64,000 bases of DNA from Podarcis vaucheri (taxonomy: Eukaryota). A model generated the notes under the pieces. The model did no database searches. It had not been told where the DNA came from and saw only the letters and a list, made by a program, of their open reading frames with translations. Every line of letters begins with the position of its first letter. Position 1 is the stretch's first letter. Positions 38,640 through 52,278 of the stretch are shown here, one piece after another. A program made the translations under genes and the position numbers. Location of the stretch: the NCBI GenBank assembly GCA_965113315.1, contig OZ220372.1. One strand, written 5' to 3'.

Positions 38640-40350
38640 ATTTTTCGAGCAATTTGGCTCCTAGCTTTTATATCTCACTTTCTAACACTGGTTCCAAACT
38701 GTGAGTGTTGCCACAGGGAAGCCCTACATAGAGTGCATTGCAGTAATCTAATGATGTAGTACCAATGCAGGAGTAAGGTCACATTCCCCTTGTTCCACTC
38801 TCTGGAAGGGTAATCTGTCAGGGCGACCAAGACAGACTCAATCCCATGGCTTGGCCTGAACCCAGATTGGAACTGATCTAAAGAATTTGTGTCATCCAAG
38901 AATGCCTGCAGCTGTCCCACTACAATCCTGTCTGCCACCTCCCCCAAGAAGGGATATTTAGTACAGTGGTACCTCTAGTTACGAACTTAATTAATTCCAG
39001 AGGTACGTTCTTAACCTTAAACTGTTCTTAACTAGAGGCATGCTTTCGCTAATGGAGCCTCTTGCTGCTGCTGCCCCGAGGCACACGATTTCTGTTCTCA
39101 TCCTGGGGCAAAGTTCTCAACTCGAGGTAACTCTTCCAGGTTAGTGGTGTTTGTAACCTGAGGCGCTTGTAACTTGAGGTGCCACTGTAATTATTCCAGT
39201 CCAAGGGGTCCAGAGCTGGGGTTTTTAAGGAGAGGCTGCACCATGGGAAGTGTTAACCATGCTTTGGAGCTAAGCAGTCAAGCCTTAGATTTAATAAGCC
39301 AGTTGGGGACAGGGTTAGACGGCATATGGTTGGATGTATTACTGCCAGCACTTTGTCCACATCAGTTGCCTGTACAAGCTGAAACCAATCCCACAGCACA
39401 CCACCAACTCTGGTTTTGGATACTTCATCTGGAACTACAATAATTGAAGAGTCAAGGTCACTGGGAAGTCAAGCAACCCTATCCTCAAATTGTGTAGCCA
39501 GTTGGTCACAGCAGGTCCTTGAATGCACCAAAGTTCCCACCTCTAGAGTGGGAGTCAGTAACCTCCAGACTGTGAAATAATTTTGCCAGCTTGCTATTAG
39601 AAGAAGCAATCCAAGCTGTGATATGAGCCTTCTTTGCAGCCTGTACTGCACCATGGTAGACAAGATTATGCCCACTGACAAGCGTTCAATCTGCTTCAGA
39701 GTCAGACTTGAAGCATTTGCGCTTTAGTCTTCATCTAGTTTGCTTCATGGTACGAAGCTCTTCAGAATACAAAAGAGCCACTGGGGCTCCACAACGGCAG
39801 TGAGGACACTTAGTGGTGATCATGTCAATCACTCATTTCAGCTCACTATTTCATAGTGAAACTGGAGCTTTGACAAGATTATCAGCTTTCTCTTCTGAAA
39901 GATCCCCAGTTCAGATTCAGGAACCCCTCACATTCCATCAATCCCTGAGGATAGACCATTCAAAAAGGCCCATGACCTTTCGGGGGAATAGCAGTAATTA
40001 GTCTAATCTTCACCAGGTAATGATCCAACTAGAACAAGGAACTGCATTGCGCCCTGTCACAACTTTGTTTCACTGCTCATCACTTGGAGTAAAGACTACA
40101 TTGAGGGTGTGCACTGCTCATTTTGTTGGACTGATGACTGAGACAGCCCCATGGTTGTCATGAAGACTATAAAGTGCTGAGCAGGCCTAACATCAGTTTC
40201 TGCATGGATACTGAAGTCCTCCAACACCATGCGAGATACAATTTTGGCCAGCTTAGTCAGGGGTGCATTTGGGCAACAGGGGGCTTGATAGACCACCAGC
40301 ACCTTCAGTCTTCCCAACACCAGGCTGAGACCCTCTAAGAGAATACCAAC
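38640..40350 (-). mobile_element. Fragmented L2 LINE (RT piece ~38640-39290; endonuclease piece ~40000-40350)
   Basis: QLQAFLDDTNSLDQFQSGFRPSHGIESVLVAL and LVVYQAPCCP..EDFSIHAE remnants. The intervening sequence is unassigned. Confidence 0.6.
38964..39187. mobile_element. Tigger-like MITE nested in L2
   Basis: ta|cagtggtacctc ... gaggtgccactg|ta; family of 45711 and 49155. Confidence 0.85.
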
Positions 40351-41443
40351 ATGAAACTTACTCAGGTTTGTAATTATTCTAATGAAGGAGCTCTCACCCG
40401 GTTATTGAACCCCTGTAAAGCATTTCTATTTTATAGTTTAGCAATAGTAGAGCACCAAAGCTACCATCGAAGCAGACAATGCCAAACTCACAAGAATGCT
40501 GCTTCTTTTTAGAATGTGTCAATAAAGCAAATTTAGTTTTCCTCCTTGCCCTTTCTTCATCCATTAAAAATTTATCCCTGAGCCACATTCTAGTCTCCAA
40601 AGTTGAGGATGCCTAGAGTGGAGTGGAATAGATGGTCTTGTGTCACAACTGTATGTTAAAATCACTCCTGTTGTTATTGTTTTTCAAAACAATGTTGTAA
40701 GAAGTCTGCTCCCAACCACACTGCAGGAAGAGAGAGGATGGTCTTACAGAGTTCATGCAACCGACTTCCTGGTTTTTTGTGCCAGATCATTGCTTTTCGG
40801 CATGGAAGCTGATTTTCTTCCCTTGCTTCTGTTCAACATCTTTCCACTCTTTGATATATCTATTGCAGCTGTTTGCACTGCTAAAAAGAGGCAGACTGCT
40901 TTAAGGTTAAATTTTAAAAGTTGAAATAGATAAGGAGTTTCCATCTTTAGAACAAAGTTTTAAGAAACCTTTGGCTCTTCGGGTATTCTCTCTATATTGC
41001 AATTGTCTTAAAAGATAGCTAGAAGTACAACATTGAGTACCGGTACTTGGTCTCTGGGCTATTGTGTAGATCACTGAAATGACACAAAGTTTTTAAAATA
41101 TATATAAAAAATAGAATGTAGAACTACGGTAATGTAGAACTGCTTCATGGAATATCACAAATATAGTTTCTATATTCTTTGGAATCTAAGATGATGTCTG
41201 TATGTATTCTATCTCGTCTTCTGAAGTCATTCATATTTTTCCCCATTACAGTGATACTGTTCCATTCTCATTCATCTAGGAGGAAGTAAGGAGTTTAGAT
41301 ACTAACAGAATATATCTAACACCTTCTGACAGCAAGAGAAATTCATAAGATATTAATCCTGCTGCACTTGTGTATCAGCACTAATGTTTTTGTTTTTTTA
41401 AAAAAAGTTTGGTTAGTTTGGAGGTTAAAAGTTGGCTCTCCAG

Positions 41444-41512
41444 AAAATTGGTTTGGATGAGAATGAGGCGGCACTCGAATGTCCGTGAGATTATAGAAAT
41501 TGAAACTGGGAG
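41444..41512 (+). other. Candidate 5'UTR cassette exon of CNOT2 (69 nt)
   Basis: ggctctccag| ... GAG|gtaacc. Purine-rich, CpG-retaining block in AT-rich intron. Confidence 0.35.
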
Positions 41513-44500
41513 GTAACCACTTAAAAACACAGAAGTAGATTTTATACTGGAAGTGCTGATAAATTTAGGTACGTGTATTGAAGTTGGCTTCCTTTTTGAA
41601 AGGTCTAGCTTTATTGGAAAGTTATCTTTCTAAAATGTATGCTTATAGTTTTGTTTATAAAAATACACACAAATTTGAAAAGTGTCCATAACTTGAGATA
41701 CATATCAAATAAAATGTTGTTTTTAAAAAGTTGTCTTCTGTTTACTATTGGCAAGGGTTTCCCTTATTTCTAAATGTTAAGAGACAAAGATTAATTACTG
41801 GTAATTAGCTTCTGCAAAACTCCTGTTGACAGGATGGCTTGGAGAAGAATTTCTCCTAGGTTGAATTTTCTGTATTGCTGTCTTCTATTTACTTTATTAG
41901 GAAAGTAAATTACATTTTAATTCTTTGTTGTGTGGACAGTAGGGACATTTCTCTTTTTTCCATTGTCTTGTTCCAGACATCTATTCAAAATGGAATCAGT
42001 TAGCCCCATCAGTTTAAAACAGTTGCATGTTTTTGAAACCCCATTTTACTTTAATTGTCATAAGTGCACATATTGTTTAGCTGCAGTGTTTCATGATTGT
42101 TAATATTTCTAAGGAAAATACCCAAAACTCTTGAAAACACTTTGAAATATCTGAAGGTAAACTAGTGTTATAATTGTAGGCAGTGACTTAAACTTGAAAA
42201 CTACAAAATAATTTAATTATAATTAATCTTTCAAAAATACGTATTTTAAAATGGCTTTCAAATAGCACTGCTACACTCATTAAGTTCCACTGATAAGACA
42301 AGTTTGAGTTAAGTGTGTGCCAGATTATGACAAATAAGCTCTACTTTTTTATTAACAATTTTTAATTAAATTTTAACAATGAAAAGCAAAGAACAAAATT
42401 ATTGTTAATTACAACGATAAATAACTCTTAAACCTCTTACCTTAGTGTGGGTTGTAATGAACCCTAGCTACCTTACTGGTGTTGCTGTGCACTCCAGCGG
42501 CTTTTGGAAATACTTTTGAGCAAACATGAACCATCATATATTCCACGTTCTCTTCACAATTGTGGGACCAATTGTCCTGCGGTGTTTCACCTCCCACCGC
42601 CATTTACAATTTCTTATAATTTACATTAACTTACTAAGCTGCTTTACTGCTTTTGAAACGAATGGGAAAGGGAAGCTCTGAAATGCCAAAGGTAACTGGG
42701 GTCTGTTCTATTCCCATCAACTTCTCAAAATAGGATAGAGAAAACAACAGCATTCCAGCTGTAGAATAAATTCCCCCTTTTTTTGTAATACCACTTAACG
42801 GATACTGGAGGGTTTTTGGGGGGCTGCTGGTGGTGGAGGGAATTAGATCTGTACAGTCCTGTATCAGAAAACAGAGAAACCCCAATACAAAGCATTGCAG
42901 GAGTCTGTGGTGTTGAATCTCAGGCCTCCCCGTGCTTGGAACTCTTCCCTAGGAAACACACCCTCACTTCCCATGCACATCTCTCAACAGCCATGCTTCA
43001 CACACCCCTTGAATGTTTTTGCCTAGTTGGAATGCTTCCTTGAACTCTTGTTGCTGCCTGTTGCTTGCCTGGATGGAGGATAGAGAAGTGTATGTGAGCG
43101 TATATAGAAACTAACTTACTCTACGGAGGTAAATTTTACTTTTATTGCTCTGTCCACTTTTGCCCCTGGCTCCGCCTACCACTTGCATGTGACTCTCAGA
43201 AGGTTGCTATGAAGGCACTTGGGCTGAAAATTTTTCCTCTCTTCTGCCCTTTGGGACTAATCCTACTCCTAGTTGGGCTTTTCTGGACGTAAGCATTAAC
43301 ACTCTCATAAGGAAATCAGTTATAACCTTTATTTCTAGCTAGAACTTTAATGGGATCTTTGGACCCCAATATCAGATTGTTACCATTAAAAAATAAAAGT
43401 GTTGAAGGGTTAAAATTGCATGGCATCATTACGCAGCTTGAAGTGACGCTTGTTTTTTGGTTGCAGTTAACACAGATAAGAAGTACTTCCAAGTAACTCA
43501 CTGCATTTCTGTAAAAAGCGCATATAGGTGATAATTTAGCCATAGCTTAACTTCTGAAATAGAATTGCAAGAGTTATATTGACATTAAAGAACAAAAAAA
43601 CTTCCAAGAAAGTATTTCATGATTCCTGAATTGCAGGATGGTGGTGTAGATGACCCTCATGGTCCTTCCAACTCTACAATTTATAATTCTAGTCTGTCAT
43701 TCTGTGTATAGCTGAGGGTATATAAATCCATTTTCTGAAAACTGCTGTGTATCGCACTGTTCGAAAAAGTCATCCAAGCCTCTGGAGCAGATTTAGAGAA
43801 CAAAGGGCACTGCATAGGAAAGTGAAATCACCTCCTTTCCATCAATGAAAACTTCTACTGGATCAACTATCCTGCTAAAATCTGAGATATTGTTCACAGT
43901 AGCATAACTGATGCTGGAATCTGGTCCCACTATCTGGAAGCACGTCCCACTTAACACAACTAGGCTTACTATTGAGTAATCACTCATCCTTGGGACAGAA
44001 GTTAAGGACTTATTGCCCATCTTTTCTAAGTGAATAATATTGAAGTTAATATTAAACCCTACAGTTCATTCTTTAGACTGAAGTAACTGTTTACATGAAC
44101 ATAGATAGTGTCATCAGAAAATAGATATATGCTGAAAGCTAAAATGTGTTTCCCATTCAATCGATTTTGCAGTCTGGTAAATGTCTACTCAGAAGTAAAA
44201 CTTGTGGAGTTCATTTGAGCTTGCTATTAAATAATTAGGTATAGGACTGCAGGCTTTGTGGTACAACTCTCAACTTCTTAGCAGAACAGTGCAAAGTATT
44301 TTATCATTGATGAGGACAAATCTGCTTGCAGCAGAGGAAGTGATGGAAAGGAGAGGCACTCCATTAGCTTCTCTCCCTGAACTCCGATTTCAGTTGATCA
44401 TTAGAAGAACTATGAAAAACTATTTGTACCCAAGTTAGCTTGTTTTTCCTCTTTCCTCCTCATCACTTTTTCCTTTTGTGTCACATGTTTTAGAATGATT

Positions 44501-45397
44501 GTGAGTCTGCAGGCAGGGGCTACCTTGCTATTTGGTTTGAGCTTATGTGGGCCCCTCAAGGGGCAAGAAGCAAGAAAAAAGCATCTTAAGATACATAAAA
44601 ACTATGCCAAGTAAGTAGCTTTATTGAGTATCTTTGGAAAAGCAAACATGTTGAGGGCAATTGCTTATCAGTGAGGTTTACCAAATAGCTCATACAATAG
44701 TAAGCAATGATTTTGGATTATGAGAATAAACTTTGGTAAGCCTCAGCTTTTCTCCCTTCCCATTTCCCTTTCTTTGCATGTGAGCGTAGAGATAAAGAGC
44801 TTCCACTTTCTGTTTCAAATAACCTGCAGCTTCCCATTATGTCTGAACTTTGCAAGCGACAATTAATTCTAACTGGTTTGTTCAGGGAAACCAGGATTTA
44901 AGTGTGTCTTCAGATGCTGATTTCTTTGAACTTTGGGCAGGGTTCAATGGTAGAGCATCAGGTTTGCATGCAAAATGATGCAGATTCAACCCCCAGCTTC
45001 TCCAAATAGGGCTACTAAAGATTCCTGCCTAAAACCAGGCATAGACAATACTGGGCTGGATGGGACAGTGATCTCATATGGTGGAAGGCAGCTTCCCATG
45101 TTTCTATCAGTCTTAGAAACTCAAATGTGTAAGCTAATCACCAAATGCCAGCTTAAACCTCGGTTACTGTCACCGTCATGTAATGTCTAGGCACCATCCC
45201 CCCCATACAATTTATTTTCATTTTTATTTCTATGCCGCTTCATATTTTAAATCTCACAGCAGTTGACAACTTCCAGAATAAAATATATCCAAGCTTCAAG
45301 GAAAAGATTTCAGATCCTTCTCTAAGGTACATTTTGCTTTCCCCGTATTGATTAACCAATTCAATTTATAGAACTGCCCCATAGCAGAAGGACAGTA

Positions 45398-45610
45398 GGA
45401 AGCCAGGGTGGTTTAGTGGTTGGAGTGTTGGACTAGGACCTGGGAGATTAGGGTTCAAATCCCTATTCAGTCATGAAGCTCACAAGGTGACCTAGGAGTT
45501 GATCGCAACATCTTCACCTGCCTTGCAGGGTCGTCGTAGGCATTAACTGATGAGGGTGTGTGTGAACAATGTCCTTAGAGCAATAGGTAGGAGATAAATG
45601 CAATAAATAA
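45398..45610 (+). mobile_element. tRNA-derived SINE (Squam3/MIR-like)
   Basis: ggaagccagggtggtttagtggttggag A box, ggttcaaatccc B box, A-rich tail. Confidence 0.7.
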
Positions 45611-45710
45611 GCTTTTCTGCTGACCTGCTTAAGAAAGCTGAAGATGGAGGTGTCTGTCATCAACCAACATCTGTACTAACCAGATGAACTGTTTTCCTGA
45701 CTGGTTAATA

Positions 45711-45955
45711 CAGTGGTACCTCGGGTTAAGTACTTAATTCGTTCCGGAGGTCTGTACTTAACCTGAAACTGTTCTTAACCTGAAGCACCACTTTAGCTAA
45801 TAATGGGGCCTCCTGCTGCTGCCGCGCCGCCGGAGCATGATTTCTGTTTTCATCCTGAAGCAAAGTTCTTAACATGAAGCGCTATTTCTGGCTTAGCGGA
45901 GTCTGTAACCTGAAGCGTATGTAACCTGAAGCATATGTAACCCGAGGTACCACTG
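45711..45955. mobile_element. Tigger-like MITE
   Basis: Perfect TIR cagtggtacctcgggtta / taacccgaggtaccactg; TA TSD. Confidence 0.9.
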
Positions 45956-46749
45956 TAATGTGATTTCTGTCCCCTATAACATAGGGTTCTATCGTAGCTC
46001 AGAATGCACTGCTCGCTAGCATTCAGTGCTCCCTTTTCATTTTATTTTAGAGAGAATCCCTCCTAGAGCTTGTTTTGCTTTATAACTTTGCAGTCCACTA
46101 GCTCAGACTTGTCTTTAATCACTAACTTGGAAGCCATAGGTAACCAGGAATCCATTCAGCTGAGTGAGCAGGCTGGTGGAGGAGGGAAGAAGTGCCTGGT
46201 CCCTTCTTCATGCTCAGCTCAGAAAGTAGTGAGCTGGAGAAGTCCCCTCCTCTGTGTCCGGCATTCAAATGGATTAGGCTGCAGGACAGAGTTCTCAGCC
46301 TGCTGAGAGCTGGCAGACCTTTTTTTGAAGGCCAGCAACTTTTGTGGCCTTATTAATAGAAATCTCATACTTTTATTAATATATCTCAGTGGAGACAGAG
46401 GGGGAAGGAAAGGTGACACTGTTTCATTGAATCTATTGCCACATCTATTTCCTCACATGTCTACTGTACCTTCTGTGACCCATTATGTTGTAGTCAAAAG
46501 GAACGGACACAATATAGCTTGTTTAATTGTAATTTGAGAAGCCACTGGTAGAAACGCCAGGTGTTCAGTGAACACATCACTGAGTTAACAGTATTTCTTT
46601 TGAATATTAGTACTCTATAGTGAATGTGCCTTTTCGTGGAAATGCCTGGATCCTTTCTGTATATGCATCCTTGCTTTGATCTTATATATAAATGATCTAC
46701 GTGAGATTAATACAATATATAAAGTGGGGTGAAAATTATTTTAACAGGC

Positions 46750-47730
46750 CTCTTTAGGGTTTGACAAATGGCCAAAGAACAGCAAGCAGAGAGGAAGGAG
46801 AAATGGACAATTATCACAATGGAGAGATGTAAAAAGTGATGTCCTCAAGGATTTGTATTGGGACCCCTTTAACTTGTTGATAAATTACCTGCTTTGCTGG
46901 TGACACCAAGTCATTTGGGGTGATAAAATAAAAGGGATTTCAAGGCATTCCAAAAGGTTCACTCTAAACTGGGTGAATTGGTATTTAAATGGTAATTGTG
47001 GTTCAGTCAAATAAGTGTAAAGTGTAAGTGTTGGGGCTTTCACTCACAGTGAAAGGGATCCTGATCTTGTCATAGATAGCTCAAGGAAACAGTTGGCCCT
47101 CTTTTTCAGCATTTGTGAAAAGGACAAAGTCTATGGCTGAGGATCATTAGGAAAGGGGTGGAAAATACAGTGCTGCCCCGCAAGACGAATGCCTCACAAG
47201 ACGGAAAACTCGCTAGACGAAAGAGTTTTCCGTTTTGGAGGTGCTTCGCAAAACGAATCTCCTATGGGCTTGCTTCGCAAGATGACAATGTCTTGCGAGT
47301 TCCTGCTGGTTTTTCCCCCCTCCCCCCTTTTTCTAAGCCGCTAAGCCACTTATCAGCTGATCCGATCAGCAGATAAGCCGCTAAAAGCCTCTAAAAGCCG
47401 CTAATAGCTCTAATCCGCTAATCCTTCAATGGGCTTGCTTCGGAAGACAAAAAAAAACCGCTAGACGAAGAGAATCACAGAACGAATTCTTTTCGTCTTG
47501 CGAGGCACCACTGTAAAACTGCCAATATTGCAATTCCTTTATAAAAATATATGGTGCACCCAAAGTTGGAGTACTGTAAATAGGTCTAGTTGCTGCATCT
47601 TGAAAAGAATAATACAGAGCTAGAAAAGGACCACCAGAATTATTGGGGTGTGTGTGTGTGGAGCAACTATCCTCTAAGGAAAGAGCTACAGCATTTGGGT
47701 TTTGTTTTTTTAGTTTAGGGAAAAAAGTGA
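46750..47730 (+). mobile_element. Old CR1 fragment interrupted by a MITE
   Basis: aaaagtgatgtcctcaaggatttgtattgggacc and ggatcattaggaaagggg..gaaaata|aaactgcc CR1 RT motifs. Confidence 0.7.
47168..47513. mobile_element. Tigger-like MITE (subfamily of 389/35224)
   Basis: ta|cagtgctgccccgcaagacg ... cgaggcaccactg|ta; different central region with aagccgcta repeats. Confidence 0.85.
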
Positions 47731-49154
47731 AGGGGGCCATAACTAACATTGTGTACCCTGCCACAGCCCATATCCTCTGGCATTCACAGATGACTTTGAG
47801 GGGAGCTCAGGTTCACTTCTGAACTTGCACTGGGATTTGCAGGTGTTTCTGCCTGCAAAGGTACGGTAAGTGAAGAACTCACTTTGTGCTGTGTTTTGAA
47901 GACCCTCAAAGGCAGTGAGAGGCTTCTTTCAAGTGTAGGAGGCTACCACCTTAAAAGTCTTCTGTAGGTTTCTCTCTTTGGGGAATGTACATATGATAAG
48001 ACAGTCATGCAAAAAATGAATTTAAAAAGCAGTGTTAGGATGAATCTTTGGCATGTTTAACAAGGAAATAATATCTCTTGTTAATGAACTAGACAAAATT
48101 GTTGTTGATGCAGACTATTCTGTTCTTAAGTGGCAGTCCTAAAATTCTATTTTCATCAGAATTTGAATTGACTGTTAGTTGTACTTCATTTCTTTTATTG
48201 CTGTAGGGAGCCACGGTAGAAATTGTTTCATAACTTTGCTGCAGCATCAGTTAAAATGTTTATTCTGAAATCTGCTATATTATTTGTATTTAATTTAGTA
48301 TCAGCACAAATTGATTCATCCAGATTTTGTAGTAATGGGAGAGAAATCCGGAAAGCAGTTTCCCATTCACCCCTTTTTATAATTTAACACATTTTGACGT
48401 CCTAATGTTCTATTGGGATTGCTACATTACATTACATTATTAATTGTGTCAGAATAACAATACAATTTTCTCTAGTTTGTCTTCCCATTGGCCCCCTGAG
48501 TGGCAAGTTGACAGCAAAGGCAATGGCAAGCCACAAATACTCCTTCTAGGCTGATTATTTTAAGCTTGCTTGCTGATTCTAGCCACATAGGCAGCTTTTC
48601 AAATGAGTTTAGCTATTCCAAAAGCTGATCAGAAATCCGTGTTAAAATTCTTTCTCACGGATCACCTATTGTAACCAATGGCTTTGCAACATACTTAAGC
48701 CACCTTGGGTCATCTCAGGGTGGAAAATTAAAAAATGAAAATATTGAATATTGTTTTTCATATGTGCTGCATGTGAGTTGAGTAAATATTACTCCTTTCT
48801 TTATTTCATTTATTTGATTTGGTTCGCCTATTCTAACCTGCCCAGGTAGGAGTAAATGCCTTCCTCTGGAATGTAATTGATTTCCTCTTGTTGCTATCCT
48901 GGATGTGAAAAGCCAATTCAGAAAAGTTACCTGGGTGTGAAAAGTTCATTTTCAAATAAATGAAATAATTGTCTGATCCTTCCACTTCCACTTGATGCAG
49001 CCTAACATAATAAAAAGTTGTCAAAATAACACATTCAAATACCATCTCTAGCATGGAATGTTTTGTCATATTGTATTCTGGGTCTAAATACTTTATTTTT
49101 TTTAAGGGGGTTTGTACGTGAACAAGTTGCATAGATTTCTGCAAACATTGTATA

Positions 49155-49380
49155 CAGTGGTACCTCGGGTTACAGCCGCTTCAGGTTACAGACTCCGCTA
49201 ACCCAGAAATAGTGTTTCAGGTTAAGAACTTTGCTTCAGGATGAGAGCAGAAATCGTTCAGCAGCGGTGTGGCAGCAGCGGGAGGCCCCATTAGCTAAAG
49301 TGGTGCTTCAGATTAAGAACAGTTTCAGGTTAAGAATGGACCTCCGGAACGAATTAAGGACTTAACCCGAGGTACCACTG
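49155..49380. mobile_element. Tigger-like MITE (inverted relative to 45711)
   Basis: Perfect TIRs; TA TSD. Confidence 0.9.
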
Positions 49381-49604
49381 TATTTCAGGTTTTTGTCATT
49401 GTGCAAGGAAGAGGAGGGGCATGCTGCCAAACTCCATCCCACTCCAGTGCAACACTTTTTTATTCTTTTCTGCCCTCCATGTGTTGGGTGGTCACGTTCT
49501 GAAACAAGGAGTGTCCTATAATCTTGGAAGGGGGAAAGTGATGCGCTGGAGGGGGTGGAGCGTGGCAGGGTGCCCCTGCTGTCCTTTGCTCAGTATAAGC
49601 CACA

Positions 49605-49734
49605 TAGGGCTGCCATACGTCCGGAATTTCCTGGACATATCTGGGATCCGTCCGTCAAAAACAGCCAGTCCGTTGAAATTCGTCCAGGCAGAATTTCCTA
49701 TGGCTGATTAAAACCCCGGGTATATGGCAGTCTA
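49605..49734. mobile_element. hAT-like MITE (relative at ~4499-4680)
   Basis: tagggctgccata ... tatggcagtcta inverted ends. Confidence 0.5.
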
Positions 49735-50390
49735 TATCGGAAGTGTTGATTTTTTTTGGTGATTTTCATTATATAAAAAAACGCTCAAAAGCTTCATTGA
49801 GTGGGGGCTCAACAAAACTCAACAACTTTTCTAAAAAAAGCCTGATGTTGTGTACAAAAATTGTATGTGTTCATTCAAGTGTTTAGTTATATGTGAGAGA
49901 CTTCAGGCATCTTCTTGTGTTGAGCAGTGCTTCATTTCTGTATGTGGCATGTCCATACTAGTTTCAACTCTTTCACCCCTGCGTGCATGGAAGTAGAGAG
50001 AGACAAGAGTTGGAGCTGTGTAAGCTCATGGCCCAGGCTTTTCCTAGCTGGCTAAAAATGGTGCCTTATCATCCTATCCCCATCCATTAGTGCATTCTTC
50101 TGTGTTAATTGAGAGGACTGTGGTCTTTATGTCCTGCTTGGGAGTTTGCCAAAAGCATCTGCCTGGCAACTGTGGGAAATGGGATGCAGGATGCTGGATC
50201 CAGTAGGGAGCAATTTAAAAGACAGTTGGTTCACAAAAACAAAAGCTAATGTTAGATCACATAGGTAATTTTGCTGAGAGAAGGCTATGGTCTTGAATAT
50301 AGAGATTATTTCATTCCTGATGGATGGGGGACACGAGATATCCAGAGTTTAAAGATAGGAAAAGATGTTGTCATTGAACTCTGAATTGTA

Positions 50391-50835
50391 TTTTTTTTTT
50401 AAAAAATGATATTTATTAAAAGTTTAACAATTACAAAAAAGCAAAAAAGAGACAATAAAAGTTACAATACATCAAAAAAAATAAAAAACAGAATAAAAAA
50501 GGAATTCAACAATATAAGTCAATAAAAAGTAAAAAGGAAAAAACAAAACACACACTACAACAAAACCAAAAACAAAAGCAGACAAAAAAATTTAAAAACT
50601 AAATCCGATATTCCCAAATCTTTATCTTTCATTAACTTGTTTCATCGACCTCCTCACGCCTCCCTTTTTTGTATTCTAGTTATTAATTATCTCAGCAAAC
50701 CCTTTCCATCTTTCACTATATTCTGTCATTAATTTACCTTAATTTATTTTAACCTTATCTTACCATAAAAAGCCCTAAAGCTTAAAACTTAAAACTTATT
50801 TATACGTAATTCCTTAAAGCATTTCGACTAAAGCC
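50391..50835 (-). mobile_element. L1-type 3'UTR insertion
   Basis: Poly-T start (poly-A on minus strand). Perfect TSD GAACTCTGAATTGTA (50376-90, 50836-50). Confidence 0.8.
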
Positions 50836-52278
50836 GAACTCTGAATTGTATTTTCATATTGCTCAGTTTTGTATTTCCAGCGTTGGAAAAATATTTCACT
50901 TTCTTCTTTGAGCCCTGCACTGGGATTAAAATCTTTCAAATTCCTGGGTTTCAGAATAAAAATTTCCTCGGTAGCCATGCTCGGCAGTGTTTTGCTCAGT
51001 GTTCGAAACTCCCATTGTTTTAGGTGCACTTTGTGACAGGGAATTTCATTAGTGCAAGCAGCTTCTGAGCTCTGGGTACAGTACTGCACCTAAGATTTCA
51101 GATTAAAACTGCAGAGTGGTAGGAAAGGAGGACATTTTTCTGCCTTCCCACTTCCAGCTGCTACTCTTTGAAGACTGGAGAAGAGATTCTGTTAGGAATA
51201 TTAGGGGAGTGGGCAGGGGCAGGACTAGACTATGTGGAAAATGAACATAATATTTTAGCTGCAGTTCATTCATTTTCAGTTGTGTATTCTTGTTATGAAA
51301 AAGCGAGACTAGACATTACATTGTTGTGCCCATAACCTCTGTTTAAGGTGCGATTTAGCTCCTAGTTTTCATATCTCAATTTCTAATACTTGTTTTGCTA
51401 TATTTTAATATCCCCATTTTATAGCATAATCTGTGTTTATAAATGCAAATATACACCATCTATAATTCCTGGGTGTGGGAAAATGATAAGAAATAAGTGA
51501 TGGAACCGCTGTCTGTTGTGTAGGTGGCTCAGTTTTAATAGTTACCAGAACTCATTAGAGAAACTAAGCAATGATAGAACACAACTTATGTAACGTTATA
51601 GCTTTGCTGTATTTTGTAGTGTGGTTTGTGTACCTTTTGACTTTTTTTGAGAGATGTACTATCAAGCTAAAGAGAGGTTTTAAAAATAAACTTGAGTTAC
51701 TGTAATATTTCTCTATAATTTATTCTTTATCTCAGTATGCGGTCTTAAAAGGCCGTTTACAAACGGTACAACATAAAAACAGTCTTCAATAATAAAAGTT
51801 TCTAATTAATTGAAAATGCAGTCATTAAACTGTAATGGAGTCAAGTCTTTTGTTTCCTTATTTCATTAGTTTTTATCTGGCTTGGGCACAATCTGTAGTT
51901 TGCAATCCATGGTTTGCTTGTCATTCTTTCTGTAGCTGGCTGCTCTGAATGTCATAGCTCATCATTCCCAGCAGTTACCTCCTGCATGGGTATGGTGGGA
52001 AAAAATGATGTGGGGGCAAATCCGTGCGGTGCCAATGTCTCACTCTTTCTCCTTCCCCTTGGAAATGCGGGTGCTGCTAAATTAATGAACGATCCCACTT
52101 CTCGTTTCCTGTCCTTAAACAGTGGGGTTAAGGAAGCCATATAATGAATGGCAGTTTTTGTCTCTGCAGTAGCCATAGAAAGAACAAAGAGTTCTTAAAT
52201 GTAAGAGATGGTTTGAATTCTCCCCCCGCCCTTTTTTGTATATCTTATTTTTGTAGTATTGGACTGGGGCTATATATG

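Noticed and set aside
48488-48506. CTCF-like site ggccccctgagtggc
   Set aside because: One extra base in the core relative to the consensus; not supportable without a matrix scan.
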